A model generated the notes under the pieces. The model made no database searches. It was not told where the DNA came from and saw only the letters and a program-made list of their open reading frames with translations. From positions 1 to 47,482 of the forward strand of contig JBNGIO010002948.1 in NCBI GenBank assembly GCA_049999805.1: 47,482 bases of DNA, given 5' to 3'. Positions within the stretch are counted from its first letter, which is position 1, and each line of letters starts with the position of its first letter. The DNA is from Folioceros fuciformis. Taxonomy: Eukaryota. The position numbers and the translations under genes are program-made. This document shows positions 24,301-36,900 of the stretch, in pieces.

Positions 24301-27193
24301 ACTTCCACGGCAATCAGGTACAGATAAGGGTCCTACAAATCAAAACCAAGTACGTTTTCTATAGATGAGGCTATCTACAAGTCAAAGCGCTGCACCCATG
24401 TCTGCTATGGCACAGATAAGCACAAACAAGCAACGTACCATGAAGAACAGTGAATTTCAAAGGACTGTTGGAGATGCTCTGCAAACCAGACGCGCTTGAC
24501 ACATTTAAAGAAAAGTTTCCAGCTATACTGGACTCAAAAGTGATGTCCTGAGACCCAGCTTGAACATCTGGGGACACAGTTACTGACTGATTATAACCTT
24601 GAACAGACACAAGGAAATTATAAACTTCAAAGCTGCCGGTCAGCACGTTAACAATGTTTCCAAATTCATCGCTCTGTATCACCCGGAGCGTGACTAGACT
24701 GCCAGCCACAAACTCCGAGCCATGTATCCAAATTCCTTGACAAGTACCTGGAAACACAGGACCTGCAAGAGCATAGCCTTGTATTACTCAGGATCCGAAA
24801 TTTGGAGGGTCTCTTCGATCAGCAGGTGCAAAAAGTGGATTCGAATGGCCAGTTCGGCAAGGTCATCAAGGCAGGACGTGATCAACAGAACTTGCCAAGA
24901 AACTGAGAACAGGTTCCCATTTGGCAGTTCTGAGGGATTGAAATCCTGATTCTCAAACTGTAGAGAAAAAAGCTTACCGGCACTGACATTGAAGATGAAA
25001 GGTGAGCCCATGATTCCAGTAACGCCATCTCCAACATGAAGCAAATAGGAACCAGGCGTGAAGGGCTTGAAACAAACAGCCACTTGGCTGGGAAAATTCT
25101 CATCAGAAGTCATTGTGAGATTGTACAGCTTCATGGCTGCCGGAAAATTTACCACCTCGACAGTAAACTGGAAAATTTGACTGTTAGAAAGCGCTGGTTG
25201 CAAGTTACCATAAGCATCCATTTGCGCAACTACAAGATAAGCTGTGTCCCCGGCCACGAACGTGTTCATAGAATTGTACCAAACTCCAGTACAATCTGGA
25301 ATTGAAAGAGGACCTGCAAAACCACCCCGATTGAGAACACACCTGAAGAGCAGAAGAAGTAAGGAGCTGTTTAACCGGGATAAGAAGCAGCGCTGCTCAC
25401 CAATGGTTGTCGAGAAGGGAAAAGGCGAGTTCTTAACAGTTTCGGTTGCAGTACCGACTTGAATATAATACTGCCCCACTGCCCATGTAGGAATGAAAGA
25501 CACGATAAACTTAGACTGGTCCGGATCCACACTTGTTGAATAGTTGAGGTTTCCAAGTTGGGTCATATTTGCATCCAAAAACATCACCCCTAGACTGAAG
25601 GAACTTGAGATCTTCACAACATTTTGAAAAGAATCGTACGCAGTAATCATGAGAGTTCCCTTATCAACTCCTGTTTGGAATACATCTTTCCCAGGCCATG
25701 TACCATTGCTCATTGACACGTTCACAGGACCTGGGGAAATGGCACAGAACCAAAACAAGTCAACCACACACAAGCACATTTTCCATATCCCGCAACCTCC
25801 ATCATAGACGAGATCAGCAAGAGACTAAAGATGTTGGGTCATGGTTATCTGCACAATTTCTCAAAATGCTAAGGTGCCTTGGATGGGGTTGTCCAAACCT
25901 GTAATCACCGTGAAGGGTGCTGGCACATTCGATAAACCTCGTCCCTTCAGAAATACGAAGAAATTATAGGATCCAGCAACTATTGGAGTGAAGGTGAGAT
26001 AGTAACAGCCGGCACAAAGTGGATTTCCTGACTGCTGGATTCCCCCTGGTGCAATGGAGACATTTTTGTAGGTCTGCTGGATGTAGCTGTCAAAGTTCAC
26101 AATTTCTGAGCTGCCTGTATTCTCCCAAACAATATTTCCAAAAGAATCAAACTGCTGCACGACAAGCCTTGCCTCCACTCCCGCTGTGAAAGTGTTGACG
26201 TACCCGGGCCAGGAGATAGTAGAGATGGAAGCGTCCACCAGACCTGTTACCCACCAAATTCCAAAGCCATGCCACCAGAGTAAAGCAACGCTTCTTCCTG
26301 CCTTTTCTTCTTTTTTTTTTTTTTTTTTTTTCTGTCCGTCTTTCTTTCTATCTTTCACCTTTCTCTTTAAAACTACGTTGAAAACAAGATTTCAAACAAA
26401 ACTCCACGAGTGATGAAAAACGAACCAGCCACAAATTCCACAACAGGACTGTTGACAGAGTTGTCCAAAAAGCTGCTCGGTTGCTCAGATTGATTTGGAG
26501 CGTCTTTGAGCACATAGAACTGATCGAAACCAAGATGAATATGGTAGGATGATGATGAGCCAGCCAAATTGTTCGCCGCAAAGCAAGTCACTGGATATAT
26601 TCCATAAGCGGTGATCTGGTAGTTGCCAACAGTGCAAAAAGCTTTCGGAACGATCTGTCTATTTTGATCCATAATGGTGACATTGAACACATAGTATGTC
26701 CCACTATAGAATCTACATTTCTCACAGTTCTCACAATACTGATCAGTTGTGTTGCAGAATAGTCTTCCACAATAGATATCGAAAGCCACAATAGAGAAAT
26801 TGGCAGGTACGCCTTCCACAATCCTGAGTGGATTGGGACAATCAAGACGTGTGCAATATCCTTCATCGATCCAGCTCGTACCATTCCACCATTCATCTTG
26901 TCTTGTAACTATAAAAATCAGAAGTCCATTACATGGATTCCAAGGGGAAATTTTTTTTGCAATGACTTAGAATAAAATCAGAATGTTTCAACAAACATCT
27001 ATAGTATTCTCCCAAAGTTGCACATAGTCAAGAAAGCTATAGAATAATCCTCACTCACACAACTCAATAATTGAGAGACAAATTGAAGGTATAAGTAAGT
27101 ACGATAAGGTGGAAATGCTTGTGCTCCCAAGGCAAATAAGATAAGATACACTGTCAATTGTTGTTGCCAAAACCACATTTGATTCACCCTCAT
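18395..27193 (-). CDS. GEX2: GEX2 (gamete expressed 2)-like type I membrane protein, copy A, ~12 filamin/Ig-like repeats
   Basis: Signal-peptide exon MRVNQMWFWQQQLTVYLILFALGAQAFPPY (27193). Then ~12 exons of form GP...C.G.W...F.AG...D.FGN...G.Y.L.V...I.GSPF...G. GEX2-type C-terminal region (HFNGNDTVVV, PYNDPPFI, VGDPDS, CNAALAAMQF, SVSDMGNFGCYGAC), TM segment GLIGSLGFLGMSVGIFVW, then a cytoplasmic tail. 3' end uncertain. Confidence 0.82.
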
Positions 27194-27913
27194 TTGATTT
27201 CAATGAAACAAGTAGTTCTTGCTTTTCTTGTGCTAATGATAGTTCCTAGTGATTGTTGTGATTTTCATTCAGCTTATGTTTGGTACATGATTTTGAACCC
27301 AAGAATACATCACACCATGCTTATTTTATGATCATGTTAGATGAAGAAGTTATGCAAGTAAGTATATCATTAATTAGTGGTGAAAAAAAAATTGAAGAGC
27401 GGATACAACAACACACATAGCACTTACAAGAAAAGGCCTGCGAGTGTAGTGTGTTAAGTGGAGGCTCGGAGCACATGTGGGATAACAGTAGAGAGAGAAA
27501 GTTTCTGGATTTATATAGCTATATATTCGTATAAAGTGTGGGAATTCAGAAAAGACAAATGTCCTTAGCGTTGGCAGGGTATCATCTCGGCCGATAAGTC
27601 ATTTTATGTAGTTTTATTAGTGTCCCGGCATGATAGAGCCTACTAGGTTGCGAGCTGCGCTGCAGAAAAAAGAAAAAACAATGAGAAATACTGTACATTG
27701 GTAGGAATCCAAGTGCGAGATCACGGGAACGGGACACGGCGGGTAAGGTCGTTCAAGTGACGTGGCGGAGGACGAAAATGGCGCCACGGCTCAGTCGAGG
27801 GCAGCGGCCTTCGGATTTGTTGCAGGTGGTGTGGTGGTGAGAGTTTCTGCGCAGTTTTGTGATGTTCCACAAGAATAAGAGCAGAATGGAAGGCGTTCCC
27901 TCTGACGGTGTGA

Positions 27914-27956
27914 TTGCAAGATTGCAAGATTGCAAGAGCCTTGCAAGATTGCAAGA
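27914..27956. repeat. (A)TTGCAAG short tandem repeat just upstream of the GEX2-B start
   Basis: ATTGCAAG x3, AGCC, TTGCAAG, ATTGCAAG. Confidence 0.7.
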
Positions 27957-27964
27957 CTCTTAAG

Positions 27965-30900
27965 ATGAGGCTGCAGAATGGGATTGCCAAGATGGCGGTG
28001 AGATTGCATGCTCACGGTACAGGAGGATCAGGGGCAGGAGCTGGTGCAGGTGCAGGGGCAGGGGTTTGGTTTCCTACCCTAACAGCACTTGGGTGTGGCC
28101 TTGGGCGCGTCCTCATTCCCCTGCTCTTGTGCTGCAATTTCCTGCAGCGGGCAACAGGCATCAAAGTGAGCGGTAAGGGTGGGGCTGAGCGGGGTGTGGC
28201 TGTCGGAGGCGACTAGAATTGAGTTGGAATCTGACAGTGAGCTGCGTTTGGTTTATGGTGTCCCGCACAGGACCTCCTGTGGCTACCGGCAGTTCAGCTG
28301 TATGGGACAGTGACTCTGTGCTCACTGCCGGGAGCCTTGCAAGTATGAACCTGTCGTTGGTGAACACCACTGGCCTTCCTGCAATACGGGATTCCTGGGT
28401 TGAAAACTTTGGAGGCTATCTCGGTTTCTCTTTCGTGGATGGAACTGGGACAAAAATTTCAGGTCCTGCTATACAGCTGGGGAACACAACAATACCAGGC
28501 TTGCAGTTCATAAGTTTTAATTGGACCACAGCGGGCTCCTTTGCTTTATGGATTAATGTATCTGGTGTACCAATTTCAGGATCACCCTTCTCGTTCTATA
28601 TAAACCCAGGTGATCAACTGTAGCATGTCTCTTCTACACCACACAACACACAGCGTCACCTCTAGCTCACCACCTTCTGGACCGCGCACCTGGTATGCCT
28701 CACGGACCTCCTGGCCATGGGCAGTCCATGCATGAATGATTTGTATCGCACCTGCTGTTCCAAGTTATGGTGTCACATCTGCACCAAGCCGGAACACCAC
28801 TCTAACAAATGTGTGGTGTGGATTCACAGGGCCACCTAATTATCCTGCTTCTGTTGGCTCCTGGGTAGATGGTGTTCATGATTTCTCCATTGATACTCAG
28901 GCTACTTTGACAATTACGCTGGTGGACGCGTACAACAACGACGTCTTCCTCTCACCAATGGAGGCTGGCCACAACTTAATTGTCTACTTCGTGAGAGGTG
29001 GAGACTTTACCTCCACAATCTTTACCACAACCATGAACAGGAACATTGAATCGGTGACTTTCAACACTCAAGTAGCTGGCAACCTCACACTGGCTATTGT
29101 CAGTAGAGATTTCGAGATTATCAAGAACTCGCCTTTTCATCTTTTCGTATCCGCAGGTACTATTTTGCCAATACTGCATTGCAATGGACCTATCTGTTGT
29201 AGGAAACACTAGCTTCTCACATGCATGCTTCTGCTGCTTTAAATGTGCACCGCAGCATTGTATCATGTCATCATGAGAGAGGCTTCTGTGATGCATAAGC
29301 CTGGAGTTCTGTCATCTGCATGTTGTATGCTTCCTCTCGGCTTTTTGCCATAATGAGAGAGGCTTCTGTGATGCATAAGCCTGGAGTTCTGGCATCTGCA
29401 TGTTGTATGCTTCCTCTCGGCTTTAAGCCATAATGAGAGAGGCTTCTGTGATGCATAAGCCTGGAGTTCTGGCATCTGCATGTTGTATGCTTCCTCTCGG
29501 CTTTGTGCCATAATGAGAGAGGCTTTTGTGATGCAGGCCCTGTTTCATTAGTGAAGTCACAAGGTGCTTGGTACCCAGATAATATTCCATCTGTGCAAGC
29601 AGGGAACCAGGCAAAATTTGTCGTCACTCAGATGGACAGATATGGTAACACTGTATGTCCTGTGAATGGAAACCAGCAGATGATCACTTTGACAGCCTTT
29701 TTCACAACTTACTCCTCTTCAGCAATACCGTCCATCTCAGCACAGGTTAATACGACTCTGGGCCAGACCACATTTACCTTCACTCCAACTGCAACAGGGA
29801 AGTCTCTCTTTACAGTCCAGGACTCTCATGGTTCAACTCTTGCTGGTCTGCCCCAAGTGTTCACCGTTACTCCAGGCAAGTCATCTTCTCGTGAAAGGAT
29901 TCCGTTGCTTTTGTTCCTAGTCCCTTTCTTGTTGTATCCCCGCAGAGGGAATGGTCTGCTCAACGGAAGTTCTGAAGCAACAGGGAGAGACGTACTGTTA
30001 CTGATGCTCTCTTTGGAGCCCTCTTGGGCTTGGAATGAACAGGTCCATTATCCACTCAACACTGCGTGGCAACCCTTGTTTACTCTGGAACGAGACTGGA
30101 TGGGGTCCCTCTCTTTCGTGCAGGGGTGCCGGCCACAGTAGTGATTCGCCTTCTAGATGCGTTCGGGAACATAGTGAGCTATCAAGATGGTGCAACAAAC
30201 ATCTTCCCCAACTTCGTTGCGACGTTGGTGAATGAACCTTTAGTCGCCATAGCTGGATTGACCTGGGCTCCAGTAGATAGTTCTGGGTCGCAAAAACTAA
30301 CCTTCATCCCAATTTCTGCCGGCGCAACAGTTCACCAGCTGCAGATAGGACAAGGCACGCAGGCTGTAGGAAATACGCCTCTGAGCTTTGCGATCTACCC
30401 TGGTAAAGCATCCCACAACCCTTTTTCTCGTCGCTGGAAATGCAAGCCTTCTTTGAGTCTAGTGTCAAGCAAATGCTGCCGATGGCTAGAATGTCCCCTG
30501 TTCAACAAACCACGATCTATGCAAAATTCGCTAAATGGTCTGTCTAACTCCCCATTTCTGTTGTCATCAGGGATCCTGTCTCCAGCGAACTGCACAGGCG
30601 GCTGGATGATGCCAGGCAGCCATTCTTTTGGAGTGGTTGGCACAGAAGTAAATCTCAGAGTGTACCTAATGGATTGCTGCGGCAACAACTTAACAGTAGG
30701 CAATGGTCTGGTAGCATATCCCTCCTTCTCTGTGAGCATGCAGGGCTGGGAATCCGTCGGAACAGTCTACAATGGTGGGATATATGGAAGCATTAAGACC
30801 ACTAATGGAAATGGTTATGTCGACGTGACCTTTAACCCAGTAATAGCTGGCAAGGGTAGCATCATTGTGTCTGCCATGTACTCTGGTGTCACGGCTCAGC

Positions 30901-33900
30901 TGCAAAATAGCCCTTTCAGCATCATATTGCCTGCTGGTGAGAGGCGTGATTTATCGGAGGCATCTGGCCTTATTCCATATCTGTGATCAGCTACTCACCC
31001 TTGTGGGTGCTGTTCTGACTTCCTCAGGGCCAGTGTATCCGATCAAATGCTTTTGCTTTTTCTCTCAAGGCGACACTTTTCATGCTGGCAGTACAGCTCT
31101 AATCGAAGTGGTTCAAGTGGATGTCTTCGGGAATGTTGTGGGGCCACAGAACTATCAGTCTGAGTCAGTGCGCTTCAATGGCACGGTGTACGAGAATGGT
31201 GTTCCTTTGCCTGCAGTGACCGTCAGTGTGGCAGGTCCAGTTCAGGGATCATATAATGGAACATGGACATTGACGAAAGCTTCTGATCAGTACAGCATTC
31301 GTCTAACGGCATTAGATCACACAACCACTGCTACGACCTATACCCCCGTCGTGGCCGCTGATTCCACCTTTACGGTTCTGCCAGGTAGCAGGATGACGTG
31401 TTGCTCTGCTGTGCACATCAAGCTGTCGAATCCTCTAACGACAGACTTGTCTGCTCTGCTCTTCCCTGGTGACAGCTGAAGTGAATGCAAGCCACTCAGT
31501 CGTGCGATATGGAACCAATTTTGGAGACCCCTTGCCTGTGATCTGTATGAGCAAGACAGTGTATGCCGGTGTCAATGACAAAATTCAGATTGAGCTTCGA
31601 GATGCCTACTCTAATATCATTGCGTCCCTCTCTCAGAACTGGAATACCTACCACTTCCTAAAATTCACCTTGAGCGTACTGAACGGTTCCATAGACATAA
31701 CACCTACTGTGCTCAGCCAAGTGACGAATGTACCCAACCCAGATGGATCTTCCCTTCAGGCAATCACATTTCTACCCTCTCTTGTGGGACAGTTTGACCT
31801 CCAGGTAGCAGGTGACAATGGGGAGACACCTATTTGTGGCAAAACGACCTTGTACGTCATGGCTGGCAAGTGAAAGCTAAACCTTCTCGATGGCTCATTG
31901 TAACTTGACTTTAGGTCCCTTGTGGTCAAAATGGAAGAGCTGCAAAGAACTCATGGATGAGAAGTTTGTGGGACTCTGGTTGTTGGATTGCAGGTTCTGT
32001 GTTCGTGCCTTACTGTGTGGGTAGCTGGCAATATGGGGTCAGTACAGCGCAAGCAGGATCTACAATCACTCTGCTTGTATTGCTTCGTGACGTGTATAAC
32101 AATTCCTTCCGGCAACAGTACACAAGTCCACAAGGACGTGCTTATCGCTTCAATGTCGTGCGAACTCTGGGATATCAGAATGTCATAAGGAATGTCCTTG
32201 AGACTGATCCAGATTCAAATGGATACAGCCCGCTATCCTTCACCCCCATACAAGCCGGCAACTTCCAGCTAGATGTTGGCAATCAAGATCAAGCGGGCCT
32301 CACAAGGATCGTCGGTTCCCCCTTCAATTTCACAGTCACCCCAGGTAGTTTGGCTTTCAGTTTCACAGTCAATGGTTACTGCTGGGAGGTAGAGTCTGGT
32401 TACCTCTGACAGCAAGGGGTCTGACACGCTGTCCATTTCTCTCTTGTGAACTGTGGTCTGAAATGTCTATGCAGGTGATGCGTCTGTGAGCGACTGTGTG
32501 GGAAGTTGGTCTGCGGGAGTGAACAGATATCAAGCTGGTGTTAATATTACCTTTCAAGTGCTGATGAAAGACAGGTTCAACAACATTGTCACTTCCCCGA
32601 ACAGTGCATCCAGCTTCCTCACCCTCACCATGACTGTTCTTGTTGCGGACGGTTCACGGGTCATTCCTTACTACAATTACACCTATGACAAGAGTCAGGG
32701 GACAGGCTACCAATATCTCCATTTTCAGATGCAGACTATGGGCCAGTTTCTTCTGCAGGTTGGGTCTGGGGACCAGGTGATATTTGGTTCACCGTTCCCC
32801 TTCACCATTACCGTCGGTATGACTTGTACCCAGCTTTGAATGATCTTCACACATGTAACAGCGCTTTGGTTGTTGATGGTCTGACCGTACGTGTAAGGAA
32901 AATTCTGACCGTTTTTCTGTCTTCAATGCGGCAGGCCAGCCCATGGTATCTCAGTGCGTAGGATTCTGGTTAAATCAAGTCAACGTATTCCAAGCAGGAT
33001 ACTCAACTGCAACATTAAATGTACAGCTCTCAGATGCATTTGGGAATCCTGTCACAGTTGCTAACGGAGGTAGTCCCTTGTTCATGTTCACCATCACCGT
33101 GGTTGGTGTTCAAAATACCGGAAGTGTGATAGCAAATGTGACTCAAATACCTGGGCAGCAGATTCGATTTGTTCCCATACAGGTCGGATCCTATCAGCTT
33201 AGCGTTGGGAGCAAATCTAACATCATTGGCTCCCCGTTCTCCTTCACAGTAGTTGCAGGTATGGGAATGATGTTTCTTTCACTTATACTGGTTGGCAGGA
33301 TGATCCTGTTGCCTGGATTCTCAACAATGTGCACTGAAAACCTGCAGGTTCTATATCGGTACGCTCTTGCATTGGACAATGGGTTGGCAATTACCATTTC
33401 ATCTCGGGCCAACTGGCAAACCTGAGTGTGTTGTTAAAGGATGCTGTTGGCAACACCCTTACATCAACCAGCCAGACTGGCTCCGTGTCTTTTAGTGTCA
33501 GGGTCGACGTGGGCAACACCACCAATGCCATATCAAATCTGCAAGTTTCTTCTGCTCAATTGGGCTACGTATACATCACTTTCGTGACCGTCTTAGCAGC
33601 TCAAAGTATGAAGTTGAGGGTGGGCAGCATGGTTGGTGGATCTTGGCAAGAGCAAATTTCAAATTCGCCCCTTTCATTCAGCGTCACTCCAGGTGTGTGT
33701 TGTAGCCTTGTTCTTCCATCTGCAAGATCTCCTGGGTCAGCCTTCGCGGGATTTTAGATTTGGATCTGTAAGCAACCAGTGCTGGTCTTTTGCAGGGCCA
33801 ATCCAATCCTCGGTTTGCACTGGGGCTTGGAGAAGTGGTATCAACCAGTACCAAAGACCGGCCGTCGCACAATTCTTTGTTACACAACGAGACGCTGCTG

Positions 33901-36900
33901 GCAACCCTGTCTATACAACAGCTGGTGGGGCCTTGCATTCTTTCCAAGCTACTTTGTCAGTCGTGAATTCTGGAGCCTCTATGGCCATGTCGAATGTCAC
34001 TTGGACATTATTTCCTGGGCAATCATCAACTTGCGTGCAAATTTTGAGCTTCACACCTAAACAGGATGGGTACTTCATGCTTAAAGTTTTTGATCAGTTG
34101 GGGACCATCCTCGGTGGACCTTTCTTCTTTTGGTATTTCACAGGTACTAGTAGTTCCGCATGTGCTAACATCTATGGTTGCCAAACCTTCCAAGCATGTG
34201 GCCCCTGAGTAGAATAATGTTACAGGACATGTTGAACCAACGAAGTGCACTATAGCTGGACCCGGATTATACAATTCAACTGCGGGGACTTCCTCTTCCT
34301 TTGTGATCCAGCTGAATGATGTCAATGGGAACCCGGCAGATGTGACGCCACAGCTGTCCACTTTGGGAGGAATCACAGCAGTTTTGCACATGCAGAACAC
34401 CACCTATGAGCTGGAAGTTAGGATAGCTAGAGATCCTCAAGCAGTTTCGCTGTTCGTGGCTTCTTATACTGCTATAACGGCTGGGACTTACGACATACTC
34501 GTGTACTACGCTGGACAGGTCCTCAAAAGTGGCCTTGTGAAGACTGTATATCCAGGTAAGGTAGTTTCTGACCTTAGCTCAGTAACGGAGGCGATACGAA
34601 TGTTCTGAAGTCGATCTCTTGGATGATGCAGGACCCTTGGACCCCCGAACGTGCTCTGCTCAGGGCCCAGCACTTCAAGGGCCACAGAAAGCAGGAACGG
34701 GTCTCACATTCCAAGTCTACACCTATGACTCGAGCAGTAACTTTGTCCCACATACCAGTGTTCAAGTTAGTGTGATTCCAGCAGATGGAGCCAGTGTGAC
34801 CAACATCACCCTTGATGCCAGTGGTGTGACAACAGTGAACTTGTCTATTACTAAAGCTCCGCGAACCTATCTCGTTTATGTGTTCGTGGCGTCAAATGTT
34901 GCTACTACTGAGACAGGTGGCAAACCACCTTTGATAGCTGATTCCAGCGACCCGACGAACGTAGCTGGTAGTCCATATCAGGTGGCAGTCCAGGCAGGTA
35001 CTCAAATGTGCAGCAATCCTTGCATTGGTTGAGGTCACGTTACTTGCACCTTTCTGCAGATCTACTCTTTTGTCCACAGGAAGTCCAGATCCTACTAAGT
35101 GCACCGCAAGTGGAAACGGACTGAATGCACATGATTCACTGAGGCAATGGAATCCTATCGTTGTGACAATTAAAGACAGCTACGGCAACCCTGCTTCTGG
35201 ATACTCTTCTTCCCTTTCGATAAGCATCACAGGTGTGGGTGACTATGAGACCTCTGATATTCAAGATCAAGGCAACGGGCAATACCTCATCCAGTTCAAG
35301 CCTGTGAACTTGGGAAGCTACCAAATCTCTATAACCTTGCAAGGGCAACCTTTGACGGGCAGCCCCTGGAACACGACAGTAGTTGGTACATCAACTCCGC
35401 CTCTCCGTTATTGAGCTTGTTCAGACACATGAGAAGATGTAAGCATGGCCAACTTCACTTTCACATAATCTTAGGTTTTCAGTTACCGACAGCAAAAAAT
35501 GACACGGCTTCTACTACGGATGGTAGCGCCGTGGCCATAAATGTCACCGGAAACGACCAGGTTTACTACGGAAGCGCGACTGTTTTCGACATCCCGTTGG
35601 TAAAATCCCTGCTTTTGTGGGTCTTGAAGGTTTTTGCTTGGCTACGTTTTCCACGCTAAAAAGATTTTGTTTTCCAGGCTCCTGGTAACGGTTTCGTCAC
35701 CATCACAAATAATCAGCTCCTCTACACACCCAATCACCAGTATATTGGGACTGATTTGCTGGGCTACACCATTCAAGACGGATACAATCGCACAGCCACA
35801 GCATATGTGGCGCTGACTATAGTCCTCAGGCCTCCACATATAGTGTCGATGCCGTCCATCATTGCTGGATTTGAGGATACACCTCTGCCAAGTTATGGGT
35901 GAGCTCAGTGCCTGCATGCTTGTGAATGGTTTCTGAAGTTCAAGCAGCTGTTTGGGTGTGGTTTATATACAACGAGCAGCATGCAAGGAATCAAGGCAAG
36001 AACATGCATGCTGTGTGGCATTGCGGTAACATTCATCTTGTGACAGTGGCATCACAGGAATGTCGATTGATTACAGTCGGCCGCAGGATGTGATCTACGT
36101 GAGCTTGACTGCCGGTCATGGAAGTGTGTATACAGCACAACCACGTGGCGGACAGATTAGCCTGCAGGGAACCGTCGCGTCATTGAACAGCAGCATACAG
36201 AATGTGCACTACGTGAGGTACATACAATGTTTTGCAGGCTAGGCTGTGGTGTGGCAAAGTGGAGAAACTTTTCTCACACTGGCTCCTTGCTTGGCAGCAA
36301 TAAGCACTTCAATGGAAACGATACTATCACACTGAGTGTGAAGGACTGGCGGGGCAATGGTGACACCAGGTTCCTGGTGGTCATTGTGCAGCCAGTGAAC
36401 GATCCTCCCTGGGTGCAGGTGCCCTCACCCTTGCAGATCCGCTCTTTGGCAGTGAATTTTGGGGGAGCAAACATGCCAGGCATTATTGTTGGTGACCCTG
36501 ATTCAGCAGATGTGAGGGGTAAGAGTCCAGAACTGATTGCCCTCTCGGTTCTGTCATACCACAAGCTGCTCTTGGCTAACTTTATGATGAGTGTGCAGAC
36601 GACCAGGCGGTGTTCTTGCTCGTGGTCGCGCTCGAGGTGGCTGGGGGCCTTCTCAAGCTGACGTTGCCCGTCCAATACAGACGGGATATTAGTCTGCTGA
36701 ACACGACGAGCAATGTTTGGGTGGACAGACCGGAGAGCCTCCTTGACGACGATTTTGTGAATGTGCAAGGGCTGGGAATCCAATTCGTGGCCCCCGTGGA
36801 TGTGTGCAACACGGCTCTTAGACAGCTGGTGTTTGCAAAAGACGACCTGAATGTAGGCCTCTTACAAGCATTGTCGAGACCCTTGAGCAGCAAGCAAGCT

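Noticed and set aside
26310-26331. Poly-T run as a retroposon tail
   Set aside because: Intronic homopolymer with no target-site duplication or SINE body recognised
29273-29536. 80-bp repeats as a CRISPR array
   Set aside because: The units are contiguous with no unique spacers, lie in a eukaryotic intron, and have no cas genes nearby
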